Assembly (NCBI GenBank): GCA_964591275.1
Contig: CAZQAE010000012.1
Location: 4,860 to 68,859 of the forward strand
Source of the DNA: an uncultured bacterium
GTDB taxonomy: Bacteria > Lernaellota > Lernaellaia > JACKCT01
Direction: 5' to 3'
DNA: 64,000 bases
Shown here: positions 28,638 to 38,337 of the stretch, piece by piece
How the letters are laid out: each line of letters begins with the position of its first letter
Numbering within the stretch: position 1 is the first letter of the stretch
The notes under the pieces: generated by a model
Told to the model about the DNA's origin: nothing
Seen by the model: only the letters and a program-made list of their open reading frames with translations
Databases searched by the model: none
Program-made: the position numbers and the translations under genes

Positions 28638-29909
28638 CTATAAGTGTTTTTTCGCTTTTGCGCCGATGTCCGTGCGGCAATGCGCTCCTTTAAAGCCGAT
28701 TTTGCCCACGGCGGCGTACGCGTTGGCAATGGCCTCAGGGATCCCTGCGCCCAGGGCCGTTACGCCCAGAACGCGCCCCCCGCTTGTGACTACGTTGTCG
28801 CCGTCGAGTTTCGTGCCCGCATGAAAAACTTCCGCGTTTGGACCGAAATCCGAATCGAGACCCGTGATGACTTTGCCTTTCTCGTAAGCGCCGGGATAAC
28901 CGCCCGATGCCATTACCACGCACACCGAAGGCTCTTGCAGCCATTCGACGCTGTGCTCGTGCAAAGTCCCATCGGCGCACGCCATGAGCAGCGGTACGAT
29001 ATCCGACTTCATGCGAAAAAGAAGCGGCTGCGTTTCGGGGTCGCCGAAGCGCGCGTTGAACTCAAGAACTTTGACCGCGCCGTTTTCGATCATGAGACCG
29101 GCGTAGAGAACGCCCTGGTAGGGGGCGCCCTGATCGGCCATCCCCGCCACGATCGGCTTCATGATGCCGGTCATGATGTCGTCGAAAAGGGCCGGCGTGA
29201 CGACAGGCGCGGGTGAGTATGCGCCCATGCCGCCCGTATTGAGCCCTTTGTCGCCGTCGAACACGCGTTTGTGATCCTGGCACGTCGCCAGGGGCATGAC
29301 GGTTTTGCCGTCGCTAAAAGCCAGGAAGCTGGCTTCCTCGCCATGTAGAAATTCTTCCACGAGGACACTATCGCCCGCGTCGCCGAAATCGCGATCCAGC
29401 ATGATGCTTTTTAGGCCCGCTTTCGCCTCGTCGAGATTTTCACAAATGAGAACGCCTTTGCCCGCGGCCAGTCCATCGGCTTTCAGAACGACCGGAAAGC
29501 CGAAACGGTTCAGTGAGGCCAAAGCTTTTTCGTATTCCGTGAAACTTTCGGATTGGCCGGTGGGGACTCCGTATTTTTGGCAAATCTGCTTCGTGAACGA
29601 CTTGCTGCCTTCAAGCTGCGCAGCCGCTTTTTTTGGTCCGAAAGCCTTAAGGCCTCGCTCAAAAAGCAGATCGGCCAACCCGTTCACCAAGGGTCCCTCG
29701 GGACCGATGACGGTCAGATCAATCGAATTATCCCGGGCAAAATCGGCCAGCGCCATGATGTCGCCCGCGCCTATGTCGATGTTTTCAGCGACCTGGGCCG
29801 TTCCCGCGTTGCCCGGCGCGCAGAATATCTTTTCGACCAGCGGGGATCGGGCGATTTTCCAACACAGCGTATGTTCACGACCGCCGGAACCGACGACGAG
29901 TATTTTCAT
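28638..29909 (-). CDS. purD: phosphoribosylamine--glycine ligase PurD
   Basis: MKILVVGSGGREHTLCWKIARSP and an ATP-grasp body; start at the internal ATG. Confidence 0.9.
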   Translation of the reverse strand: MKILVVGSGGREHTLCWKIARSPLVEKIFCAPGNAGTAQVAENIDIGAGDIMALADFARDNSIDLTVIGPEGPLVNGLADLLFERGLKAFGPKKAAAQLEGSKSFTKQICQKYGVPTGQSESFTEYEKALASLNRFGFPVVLKADGLAAGKGVLICENLDEAKAGLKSIMLDRDFGDAGDSVLVEEFLHGEEASFLAFSDGKTVMPLATCQDHKRVFDGDKGLNTGGMGAYSPAPVVTPALFDDIMTGIMKPIVAGMADQGAPYQGVLYAGLMIENGAVKVLEFNARFGDPETQPLLFRMKSDIVPLLMACADGTLHEHSVEWLQEPSVCVVMASGGYPGAYEKGKVITGLDSDFGPNAEVFHAGTKLDGDNVVTSGGRVLGVTALGAGIPEAIANAYAAVGKIGFKGAHCRTDIGAKAKKHL

Positions 29910-29944
29910 TTTGGACCTCGGAAAAGATGTGCGTTGCGTATCAT

Positions 29945-30922
29945 TCAATACGGTGATTCGATGTGGTTTTCTCTAAAGAATTCTTTAAGCTTTTTCAAGA
30001 CTCTGGTTTCTATTTGCCGAACGCGCTCGCGCGTAATGCCGTATCTATCGCCGATATCCTGCAGGGTTTGCGGCGGATCGCCGAGCATCCTGTTTTGATA
30101 AATATCCAGTTCCTTGCCTGATAACGTGTCTTTGAAATTGAGCATCGCCTTGCGGTATATCGCATCGAGTTGTTCGCCGACCAGGGCCTCATCCTGTAGA
30201 ACTTCGGTCGAAGGCGTCATGTCGCCCATCGTTGTCGTGGAATCCGCTGTCAAGGGCGATTCAAGACTCAACTCATTGCGCGACAGGCGTTTGTCCATCT
30301 CAATGACATCTTTTTCGCTGACCTCAAGCCGCTCGGCCAACAATTTCGTCGTAGGCGAGAAACCTTGCGCTTCGAGCCGCTCCTTTTCCTTCTTCAGATT
30401 GAAAAAGAGCTTGCGTTGTGCCTGGGTTGTGCCGATTTTGACCATCCGCCAGTTGTTGAGAATGTACCGATAAATATATGCCTTGATCCACCACGCGGCG
30501 TAACTGGAAAGTTTGACGCCCTTGAAGGGGTCGAATTTTGAGACCGCTATCATCAATCCGATGTTCCCCTCCTGAATCAGGTCCATCAGGTTGATAAAAG
30601 CCCTCTGGTAATCCATGGCGATTTTGACGACCAGCCGCAGATTGCTGGTGATGAGTTTCGCCGCCGCATCCTGGTCATTGTTTTCGTGAAGTTTAACGGC
30701 GAGGTCATATTCCTCATCTCTGGTCAACAGAGAATAGCGACCGACGCCTGACAAATAGGCTGAGAGGCTGCTGACGTGGACAAGGGATTCGCTGGATTTG
30801 GAATCCGAAGGATCATCGAAAAGTTTCCCGCTTGATTTTGCCGTACCAGATGGACTCTCGTCTTCTTTGTCGAGGACTTCAGGATCAATCGCATCATCTT
30901 TTTTTCTCTGTTTTCTCACCAT
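29945..30922 (-). CDS. rpoH: RNA polymerase sigma-32 (heat-shock) factor RpoH with extended acidic/Ser-rich N-terminus
   Basis: RpoH box QRKLFFNLKKEKERL; regions 2-4 of sigma-70 (DLIQEGNIGLM, the C-terminal HTH TLQDIGDRYGITRERVRQIE); about 40 extra N-terminal residues. Confidence 0.8.
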   Translation of the reverse strand: MVRKQRKKDDAIDPEVLDKEDESPSGTAKSSGKLFDDPSDSKSSESLVHVSSLSAYLSGVGRYSLLTRDEEYDLAVKLHENNDQDAAAKLITSNLRLVVKIAMDYQRAFINLMDLIQEGNIGLMIAVSKFDPFKGVKLSSYAAWWIKAYIYRYILNNWRMVKIGTTQAQRKLFFNLKKEKERLEAQGFSPTTKLLAERLEVSEKDVIEMDKRLSRNELSLESPLTADSTTTMGDMTPSTEVLQDEALVGEQLDAIYRKAMLNFKDTLSGKELDIYQNRMLGDPPQTLQDIGDRYGITRERVRQIETRVLKKLKEFFRENHIESPY

Positions 30923-31078
30923 GTCCTCTTAAACCATGAAAAGCTTTTTGAATCAAATCCTTTTGATGTTTATGGGAATAATTGAGCATTTTTCATTTGA
31001 AAAGGAAAATTCGGTTCTTATTACCTAAAATTTCGTTGTATAATGGCTTGTTGGGGCCATGAACGGAGTTAATTTATA

Positions 31079-32482
31079 ATGCTGAAGCACTGTAGTAAAG
31101 TTTTGGTTTTCCTGGTGATTTTCTCTTTCCTGTCATGCGTTGGCCCGGATTCCGACGACGATGACGCGGCTGACGATGACACACAAGCAGATGACGATGA
31201 CGCGGACGACGATTCCGACGACGACGTTGATGATGACGTTAATGATGACGCGGACGACGACGTTAATGACGACGTTAATGATGACGCGGACGACGATGCG
31301 GACGACGACGTTAATGACGACGTGGACGATGACATTGACGATGATGCTGACGACGACATTGTCCTTCCACATCCTCCAGGGCGTTACGTTGCATTTGTCA
31401 CCGACGCCACGGAAAACGCCATCGAAACTCTTATGAATTTTCGGACGCAGCAGGGCTACAGTGTTGAAATCGTCAATGTTGATGACCTGATGGCGCAAAC
31501 GCCCGGCGCTCCCGTCGAGGAATTGGCCAGGGATTATTTGATGGATACCTACGAGACTTCCCGCGAAGTTTCTAAACCCTACTGCCTGATCGTCGCCGGT
31601 TACAACACAATGCCGATGCCGGTCCTGGATACGGATCCGATGAATCCGAATACTTACTCAACGGCCACCGATGCCTATTACGCGGATATCGATGTCGATT
31701 GGGATTTCGACGGCGACGGCGTGATCGGCGAGTGGGACGAGGACGTCTTCTCTCTCGATGCCGAATATTTGATTGGCCGCATTCCCAGCGACGATCCCGA
31801 ATTGGTGGGCGATTATTGCGACAAGGTTGTTGATTTTGAATCGGACGGTGAATCGGCCTATAAGTGGGAAACCTTGCTTCTGGCTGGCTATATCGCCATC
31901 GACGGCGATTCGGCGATCATTTTGAATATGATCCGCAACAACACTCTCATGCCAGGCGGTTATGGCGTGCATCGCATGTACGAAGAAGGCGGCCCGTTTC
32001 CAGGCGAGGAAATTCTAAACACAGACAATCTTCTGGAGCAATGGGGAAACAATCCTTACGGACTGGTGATATGGGCCAGTCACGGATCGACGCATGGGGC
32101 ATTTTTTATCGACAGCGACGATGCGCCGTTATTCGGCGCGGGCGAAACTTCCATGGTAATGTCTTCGGCATGCAACCAAAGCAATCCGGACGCTGATGAC
32201 AACATCGGCGCTTCGATGGTTTTGCATGGACCGGGAGCAGCTTTCGTCGGTTCATCGGAGATCACGCATCCCGGAGAGTTGGGAGAAGGCTCCCTGATTT
32301 TCATGGTCATGACGGACTACTACATGAACCTAAACGACACGCTGGGCCACGCCCTGTATCATTCCATGGATGTCTATATCGAGAACTTTTTTATGCTGCC
32401 CTATGATCGCGGATTGTTCCTGCGCAATTATTACGGCTTCCACATCCTCGGCGATCCAGCGCAGACCTATTGGCCGAGATGA
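31079..32482 (+). CDS. secreted gingipain-like (C25 family) cysteine peptidase with N-terminal poly-Asp linker
   Basis: Lipoprotein signal (FLSC) then DSDDDDAADDD...(DDDV/DDDA)n; the catalytic-dyad context SHGSTHGAF ... MVMSSACNQS resembles the C25 GHGSETAW ... FDVACVNG. Confidence 0.5.
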   Translation: MLKHCSKVLVFLVIFSFLSCVGPDSDDDDAADDDTQADDDDADDDSDDDVDDDVNDDADDDVNDDVNDDADDDADDDVNDDVDDDIDDDADDDIVLPHPPGRYVAFVTDATENAIETLMNFRTQQGYSVEIVNVDDLMAQTPGAPVEELARDYLMDTYETSREVSKPYCLIVAGYNTMPMPVLDTDPMNPNTYSTATDAYYADIDVDWDFDGDGVIGEWDEDVFSLDAEYLIGRIPSDDPELVGDYCDKVVDFESDGESAYKWETLLLAGYIAIDGDSAIILNMIRNNTLMPGGYGVHRMYEEGGPFPGEEILNTDNLLEQWGNNPYGLVIWASHGSTHGAFFIDSDDAPLFGAGETSMVMSSACNQSNPDADDNIGASMVLHGPGAAFVGSSEITHPGELGEGSLIFMVMTDYYMNLNDTLGHALYHSMDVYIENFFMLPYDRGLFLRNYYGFHILGDPAQTYWPR

Positions 32483-32543
32483 GGACGGCTGACTCAAATG
32501 CGGAATGGCGAATGCGGAAAGAACACAATATTCCTCAATAAAG

Positions 32544-32574
32544 TCATACCTCATACTTCAAACTTCATAACTCA
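32544..32574 (-). repeat. 3'-end motif family 2, copy 3 (ATGAAGTTTGAAGTATGAGGTATGA on the minus strand)
   Basis: Starts 5 nt after the TGA stop of the minus-strand FGE-fold gene, sense to that gene. Confidence 0.6.
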
Positions 32575-33450
32575 TTGCGCGGCGCGGACGCAGCGAAATC
32601 CGACAAGGTCAATGGCCACGTTATCCTGTATCCAGAACCGGTCCGAGGCCCGCATGAAGGATGCGATGCCCGAGACGGCGCCGCCGCGAAGGATATGCCC
32701 TGTACCCTCGGAAGGTCCTGAAGGATCCTGTCCGGGGCTTTGCGCGTAGTACTGCGCGTCGTAGGAGTCGTTGACCCACTCGCGGATATTTCCGAGCATG
32801 TCGTAGAGGCCGAAATCGTTTGGCTCCTTTTGACCCACTGGCTGGGGTGTGTTTTGCGAATTGTCCTTATACCATGCGATGTCATTGAGGCAGTCATTGT
32901 CGTCGCCGCAATAGTATTTCGTTGTTGAATTCGCCCTGGCTGCGTATTCCCATTCCGCTTCCGTGGGAAGGCGACCGTCCATCGCCTGGCAAAATAGTTT
33001 GGCGTATAGCCAAACGACGTTTTCCACCGGACAATCCGAGCATTCGCCATACTGACTGGGATTTTCACCCATCACTTCAAAGAACTGACTCTGCGTGATT
33101 TCCGACGCCGTCATTTCCATAGGGGATATTGTTACAGTGTGAACCGGGCTTTCGTCTTCCGCGCAGATCGTGTCGCCGGCGGAACACCCCATCTCGAAAG
33201 CGCCGCCCGCTATTGGCATCCACTGAAGCTCCGTCGTGCCGTATCCGAAATCGTCGTCATCATCATCATCGTCGTCATCTCCATCGTCTTCCTCATCGTC
33301 ATCGTCGCCGGAGCAGGCCGACATCAAAAACAATGAACACGCAACGATCAAAGTTGCGGCCAGGGTGAATTTTTTAAAAAGGCGGATCATGGCATACCTC
33401 GCGAAAGTGTTATTGGCCGGATGCTCCGGCGAAAAATAAGGGCAATCCAT
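32572..33450 (-). CDS. FGE-sulfatase-fold (SUMF1-like) lipoprotein with poly-Asp linker, lacking catalytic Cys
   Basis: Signal + lipobox (LMSACSGDDDDEEDDGDDDDDDDDDDF); GRLPTEAEWEYAARA and a C-terminal GFRCVR; no Cys in the region homologous to the FGE active site. Confidence 0.6.
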   Translation of the reverse strand: MDCPYFSPEHPANNTFARYAMIRLFKKFTLAATLIVACSLFLMSACSGDDDDEEDDGDDDDDDDDDDFGYGTTELQWMPIAGGAFEMGCSAGDTICAEDESPVHTVTISPMEMTASEITQSQFFEVMGENPSQYGECSDCPVENVVWLYAKLFCQAMDGRLPTEAEWEYAARANSTTKYYCGDDNDCLNDIAWYKDNSQNTPQPVGQKEPNDFGLYDMLGNIREWVNDSYDAQYYAQSPGQDPSGPSEGTGHILRGGAVSGIASFMRASDRFWIQDNVAIDLVGFRCVRAAQ

Positions 33451-33677
33451 CGCTCATTAATAGGCGCATTGAGCAATATTAAAAACCGCCAAGGCCCTTT
33501 GCTAATCGCACCTGCGCTATATTTCAAGCATTTCTTGAAAAGAAATTCAATCGCTTGGTTTTGTTGGTTTATTGACAAGTGGATGTCATTGCCCGAAAAA
33601 TGCACGAAAAGACGTTGCGAGAATCTGCGTCAATGCGTAGGGGCGTAAATTGACTTGTCTTTGAAAAGGAGCGGAAA

Positions 33678-34886
33678 ATGTTTTGTTTTCGATATGGTCT
33701 ATATTTTCTAATTGTGGCTCTTTCTGTTTTCGTCGGCCTTGCGTCGGTCGCCTGCACGAGTGCTTCCGGCGGCGACGATGATGACGATGATGGCCAAGAC
33801 CCCCAAGATGACGACGCTGACGATGACGGAGATGATTGCATCAACTGTTCGGGCACAGCCGAATGCACAGAGGCTCTGGGAGCAGGGTGGGTCTGCATCA
33901 ATGATTGCTGCGTCGATTATGGCGCGGACGACGATTTGAACGACGATGTCGATGATGACGCCGACGACGATGTCGATGACGATGTCGACGACGACGTGGA
34001 TGACGATGTCGATGATGATGTCGATGATGACGCCGATGACGATATCACAGAAGGCTTCGTGGAAATCCAATCCGGTGGGTTTTCTATGGGCAGCCCCTGG
34101 GATGAGGGAGGAAGGGACAGCGATGAAGATGATTATGATGTCACGCTGACGCGGTCCTTTGAAATCATGGCCAAGGAAGTTGCACAGGTTCGTTTTGAGG
34201 ATCTTATGGGATTCAATCCGAGCACCTTTGGCGATTGCGGTGATTTCTGCCCGATCGAAACAGTGAGTTGGTACGACGCGCTGGCCTACGCCAACAAACT
34301 GTCCGCGGAATACGGCAAGCTGTCGTGCTATATCCTTTCCGATATCCGATGTTTTAACGGCTTTTACGACACGGCGCCTTTCTATTGTCGGGATCACGGA
34401 GGCATTTACGAAGCGACAGTCGCCCTCAATAGCGTTGATTCCGTGTATGAGTGCGCGGGCTATCGCCTTCCCACGGAAGCTGAGTGGGAATACGCGGCCA
34501 GAGCCGGTTCAGAAACGGCGTTTTACAGCGGCGACATCACCCGGTTTTTTTGCACGCCCATGGACCCTGTTTTAAGCGAAATCGGGTGGTATTGTGGCAA
34601 TGCGGACGAGCCGAATCCCATCGGCGGGAAAATCCCCAACGACTGGTGGATCTATGATGCCAGCGGCAATGTATACGAATGGGTTTGGGATTTGTACGAC
34701 ACGTACCCCGCCGACCATGAGACAGACCCGGAAGTGTCGGAAGGTGCGTTTCTCGAAAATCGCGCTAGTCGCGGCGGCAGTTGGCGGCAGACGTCTTCAA
34801 AATGTCGTAGCGCCAATCGTGCTTCTCGCGCTCCCAATGAAAGAGCTGACGATCTCGGTTTCAGGCTGGTTAGGACCCTGGATTGA
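33678..34886 (+). CDS. FGE-sulfatase-fold (SUMF1-like) lipoprotein with poly-Asp tracts and Cys-rich module
   Basis: Lipobox VACTSASGGDDDDDDG...; GYRLPTEAEWEYAARAGS; C-terminal GGSW...LGFRLVR; only one of the two FGE catalytic cysteines is present (SSKC). Confidence 0.65.
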   Translation: MFCFRYGLYFLIVALSVFVGLASVACTSASGGDDDDDDGQDPQDDDADDDGDDCINCSGTAECTEALGAGWVCINDCCVDYGADDDLNDDVDDDADDDVDDDVDDDVDDDVDDDVDDDADDDITEGFVEIQSGGFSMGSPWDEGGRDSDEDDYDVTLTRSFEIMAKEVAQVRFEDLMGFNPSTFGDCGDFCPIETVSWYDALAYANKLSAEYGKLSCYILSDIRCFNGFYDTAPFYCRDHGGIYEATVALNSVDSVYECAGYRLPTEAEWEYAARAGSETAFYSGDITRFFCTPMDPVLSEIGWYCGNADEPNPIGGKIPNDWWIYDASGNVYEWVWDLYDTYPADHETDPEVSEGAFLENRASRGGSWRQTSSKCRSANRASRAPNERADDLGFRLVRTLD

Positions 34887-34938
34887 TTTTCCGTTTTTCA
34901 TTAACCCATCGGACCGCGCTTGAACGCGAAGGAGAATA

Positions 34939-35949
34939 ATGTCTTCGATAGGAGTCATCGGAGCTGGCGCATGGGGTACGGCGGTGGCTGTGCATCTTTG
35001 CCGGATGGGGCATGACGTTTTCCTCTGGGCATACGAGGCCGAGCTTGTCAGGACCATGATCGAGGATAGGGAAAATGTCTCTTTTCTGCCGGGCGCATCT
35101 TTGCCCGAGGGACTCAAGCCGACGACGGATATGGCCGAGGCGTGCAACGCGGACATCGTGGTGATTGCCTGCCCGTCGCGTTTTTTCCGCGATATCATTA
35201 TGGAAGCGGCGGATTATATTTCCGATGATGCAATCGTTGTCTCGCTGACCAAGGGGATCGAAGACAACTCACTGCTGTTGCTGTCGGAGGTTTACGCGCA
35301 GGTCCGGTCTCGGGAAGCCTTAGACCGCTTCGTGGTTTTGTCAGGTCCCAGCTTTGCCAAAGAGGTTGTGGAAAGTTATCCCACGGATGTCGTTGTGGCT
35401 TGCGAATCAGACGATATCGCCCGCAAAGTTCAGCAGGAGTTTCACGCGCCTTTCTTTCGTGTTTATTCCAGCGATGATTTGGTCGGCGTGCAATTGGGCG
35501 GCGCCGTAAAAAACGTTATCGCCGTAGCCGCCGGCGGCTGCGATGGACTGGGGTTAGGCTTAAACGCCCGTGCGGCCTTGATTACGCGAGGTCTGGCGGA
35601 GATTGCGCGGTTAGGCATTGCGATGAAAGCCAATCCACTGACTTTTCTCGGCCTGGCGGGAATGGGAGACCTCATCCTGACCTGCACCGGCGATCTGTCC
35701 CGAAACCGCACGCTGGGCTGGCGCGTGGCCAAGGGTGAATCTCCCAAAGAAGTTATTGAAAGCACCAGCGCCGTAGCCGAAGGTTATTATTCGACCAGGG
35801 CAACGTATCGCCTTGCCGAGAAACTGGGCGTGGACATGCCCATTACCGGCTTGGTGTACTCTGTACTCTATGAAGACAAAAGCATACAGGACGCCATCAG
35901 GTCGCTGATGACCCGGGAGTTCAAGGATGAACTGCGTGGCATCTCCTAA
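34939..35949 (+). CDS. gpsA: NAD(P)H-dependent glycerol-3-phosphate dehydrogenase
   Basis: MSSIGVIGAGAWGTAVAVHL Rossmann N-terminus and a GpsA body (LSGPSFAKEV, KNVIAVAAGGCDGLGLGLNA). Confidence 0.9.
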   Translation: MSSIGVIGAGAWGTAVAVHLCRMGHDVFLWAYEAELVRTMIEDRENVSFLPGASLPEGLKPTTDMAEACNADIVVIACPSRFFRDIIMEAADYISDDAIVVSLTKGIEDNSLLLLSEVYAQVRSREALDRFVVLSGPSFAKEVVESYPTDVVVACESDDIARKVQQEFHAPFFRVYSSDDLVGVQLGGAVKNVIAVAAGGCDGLGLGLNARAALITRGLAEIARLGIAMKANPLTFLGLAGMGDLILTCTGDLSRNRTLGWRVAKGESPKEVIESTSAVAEGYYSTRATYRLAEKLGVDMPITGLVYSVLYEDKSIQDAIRSLMTREFKDELRGIS

Positions 35950-35966
35950 GACTGACTGGGTGAGGG

Positions 35967-37016
35967 CTATTTCTTTGGCGGCGTATAGGGCCCCAACTTC
36001 TTTTTCGAGTTTTCAATCCACATTGTGTTCACGATTCCCATGTCCACCGGTTTTTTAATATAGCCATGATCTTGAAACCATTGGGCATCGGCTGTTAAAC
36101 TGTCTATATTCATGGAGCCATCCGGCGATAGGCCAGTGGGCACTGTTTTCTGATAAAGAACCGGATCTTTCACCTTGGTCCACTTGATTAGAATCTTGAC
36201 GATCTCATCGAAGTCCTTTCCGTAAAAGAAAGCGTCATTATAATCACGCAATCCCCGCAGGTAGGCGTTCATCCATTTTTGGGCCAGTTCAGGTTTATTG
36301 TTCGCAAAATTTTCCGAGTAGAAGATTGTTGCCGACTGCTGATCGGGATACACCTCGTCGTCGCCGGCGATGCGGATTGCCGCGCCCATCTGAACGGCGC
36401 GGGCCACGTGCGGTTCGATCTCCACCGCCGCGTCCAGGCTGCCGTTATCCAGCGCGGGGACGAAGGCGGAATAGGGCATGGTCTTGATGTTGATATCGGA
36501 AAGTTCAAGGCCGAAGCGCCTGGCCCACCTCTCGGTGACGATCTCCTGGGAAACGCCCTTGCCGGTGAGGGCCATATTGAAGCCCTTTTTGATTTTGAAT
36601 TTGGAAACGTCGCCATCTGGCACGTTCTTCTTTGCGGCGATCAGGGCAAGATAGCCGCAATTTTTGCTGACCGTTCCTTTGTCGGCGACGATCTGAATTT
36701 TATGGCCGTCGTTGTACGCGTTGTAGAGTCCGGCGTTGATGTTGCCGCCGCCCACGTCAAGATCGCCCTTGATAAGGGATGGCAGCATCGCCACGCCTGA
36801 TTTGGCAAAGGTCGTGGTGTCGGCTTGAATGCCTTCTTCGGCGAAGTATCCCCGCTCCATGGCGATGAAGATTCCAGAACTGGAAAGGACCGGAGAAGAA
36901 CCGATCATCACCTTTTCCAGCTTCTGTCCCGGAGCATGACCCACGGAAAACACAGTGATGGAAACGACGCAGAAAATGAGAATGAACAAAAATTTCACAT
37001 TAGGCGTTGTTTGCAT
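35967..37016 (-). CDS. ABC-transporter substrate-binding protein, NMT1/SsuA/TauA family (orphan)
   Basis: Signal peptide then an NMT1-like body; the ORF has an upstream TTG but the ATG at 37016 (MQTTPNVKFLFIL...) is more likely; no permease or ATPase adjacent. Confidence 0.65.
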   Translation of the reverse strand: MQTTPNVKFLFILIFCVVSITVFSVGHAPGQKLEKVMIGSSPVLSSSGIFIAMERGYFAEEGIQADTTTFAKSGVAMLPSLIKGDLDVGGGNINAGLYNAYNDGHKIQIVADKGTVSKNCGYLALIAAKKNVPDGDVSKFKIKKGFNMALTGKGVSQEIVTERWARRFGLELSDINIKTMPYSAFVPALDNGSLDAAVEIEPHVARAVQMGAAIRIAGDDEVYPDQQSATIFYSENFANNKPELAQKWMNAYLRGLRDYNDAFFYGKDFDEIVKILIKWTKVKDPVLYQKTVPTGLSPDGSMNIDSLTADAQWFQDHGYIKKPVDMGIVNTMWIENSKKKLGPYTPPKK

Positions 37017-37251
37017 GATAACTCCATTGGGATTTTGAGATTCAACGTTCAACCACTAGTGAGATAATTTATGCAATTATTGCTTGTTACGTCAAGTCCT
37101 AAAATTGTTTAACGACCAAAAAAGGATTTGGCGCATTCCCATAGGCCTGGCCGATTAGAGCTGATTGGCATCGAAATCTCATTCATTGCATTTGTCGGCG
37201 TTTCTTTTAAGACTGCAAGTGCGTGGTGCAACTATTACCGGCTATTATTGT

Positions 37252-38337
37252 ATGAATCTTCGGCAACGATTGATATTGATTCGAACAAAGATGTTTTTTG
37301 CGTCTGTCGCCGTTGCGGTCCTTTTTATTTTTGCTGAGGGCATCGTCCGTATGAGCGGCTGGGGTGTGCTTCTGGAAGAGGAGCTTTTCAGCGATGTTTA
37401 CAACGCGGCATATGAAATGCTTCCTAATGTCGCAAATCCCTGGAGCGCCATACAGGAGAATTTGAACAACGAAGGTTTCAGGGGGCGTCAAATCCCCGTT
37501 AAGAGAACGCCGGGTGTGATGCGGATCATCAGCGTGGGTGACTCGACAACTTTTGGCATCGGCGTTGAAGCCTACGAGACATACTCTCATATTCTGGAAC
37601 AGTCTTTAAATCGTCGGGGATTGCGCGCCGAGATTTTCAACGCCGGCATTCCCGGCACGAATCTATGGCAGCAGTTGCTGCTCTTTGAAAGAGAACTGCT
37701 GAAGTACAAACCGGACCTTGTGATTCTCTACAGCGGTCCGAATATGAGACTCGATCTTTTCCATGTCCGTCGCGCTATTGAAAGCGGTACCTGGGGCTTG
37801 AAGGCCAGGGGAATTTTGTCGCACATGCATCTCTATCGCGTCATGAGGCGCTATTTGAAGCCTCCGAGGTTTGAAGAACTTTATAGCCAGTATCCCTTGC
37901 CGAATCAGAAAGGACCTAAACTGATGGTTCCAACAAGGTGGATTATTGAGGATGCAAAAAGAGATCTGGCGAGATTCCGGCAGTTGTGCGTGGACAATGA
38001 AATAATGTTGATAGCCGGTGGCATCATTCCGCGGGATATTTTCAAAGAGGCCCGTGAAGAAGGTATTCGCTCGGGTGATCCGAATTGGAAATCATTTTTT
38101 ATCAAAAGAAACGTTGGCGGAGATTTGGCGCTTCTGATTTCCAAGATGGGCATCCTGCAATACCGGCCTGAAGATGAATTTCTGGATGCGTCATATAGCA
38201 AGGAGCTTTTCGTCGATGAAGTGCATTTTTCGTCGGAAGGTCATTTGCTGATGGCGAAGATATTGGTGCAAACAATTTGTGAGCGTAATCTATTGCCGAT
38301 TCCGTGTTCGGATCCGCAAGAAGGTGAGGGCGGATGA
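37252..38337 (+). CDS. SGNH/GDSL-family hydrolase, membrane-anchored (paralog 1)
   Basis: N-terminal TM; GDSL block IISVGDSTTFGIGV; C-terminal DxxH-type region (VDEVHFSSEGH). Confidence 0.6.
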   Translation: MNLRQRLILIRTKMFFASVAVAVLFIFAEGIVRMSGWGVLLEEELFSDVYNAAYEMLPNVANPWSAIQENLNNEGFRGRQIPVKRTPGVMRIISVGDSTTFGIGVEAYETYSHILEQSLNRRGLRAEIFNAGIPGTNLWQQLLLFERELLKYKPDLVILYSGPNMRLDLFHVRRAIESGTWGLKARGILSHMHLYRVMRRYLKPPRFEELYSQYPLPNQKGPKLMVPTRWIIEDAKRDLARFRQLCVDNEIMLIAGGIIPRDIFKEAREEGIRSGDPNWKSFFIKRNVGGDLALLISKMGILQYRPEDEFLDASYSKELFVDEVHFSSEGHLLMAKILVQTICERNLLPIPCSDPQEGEGG

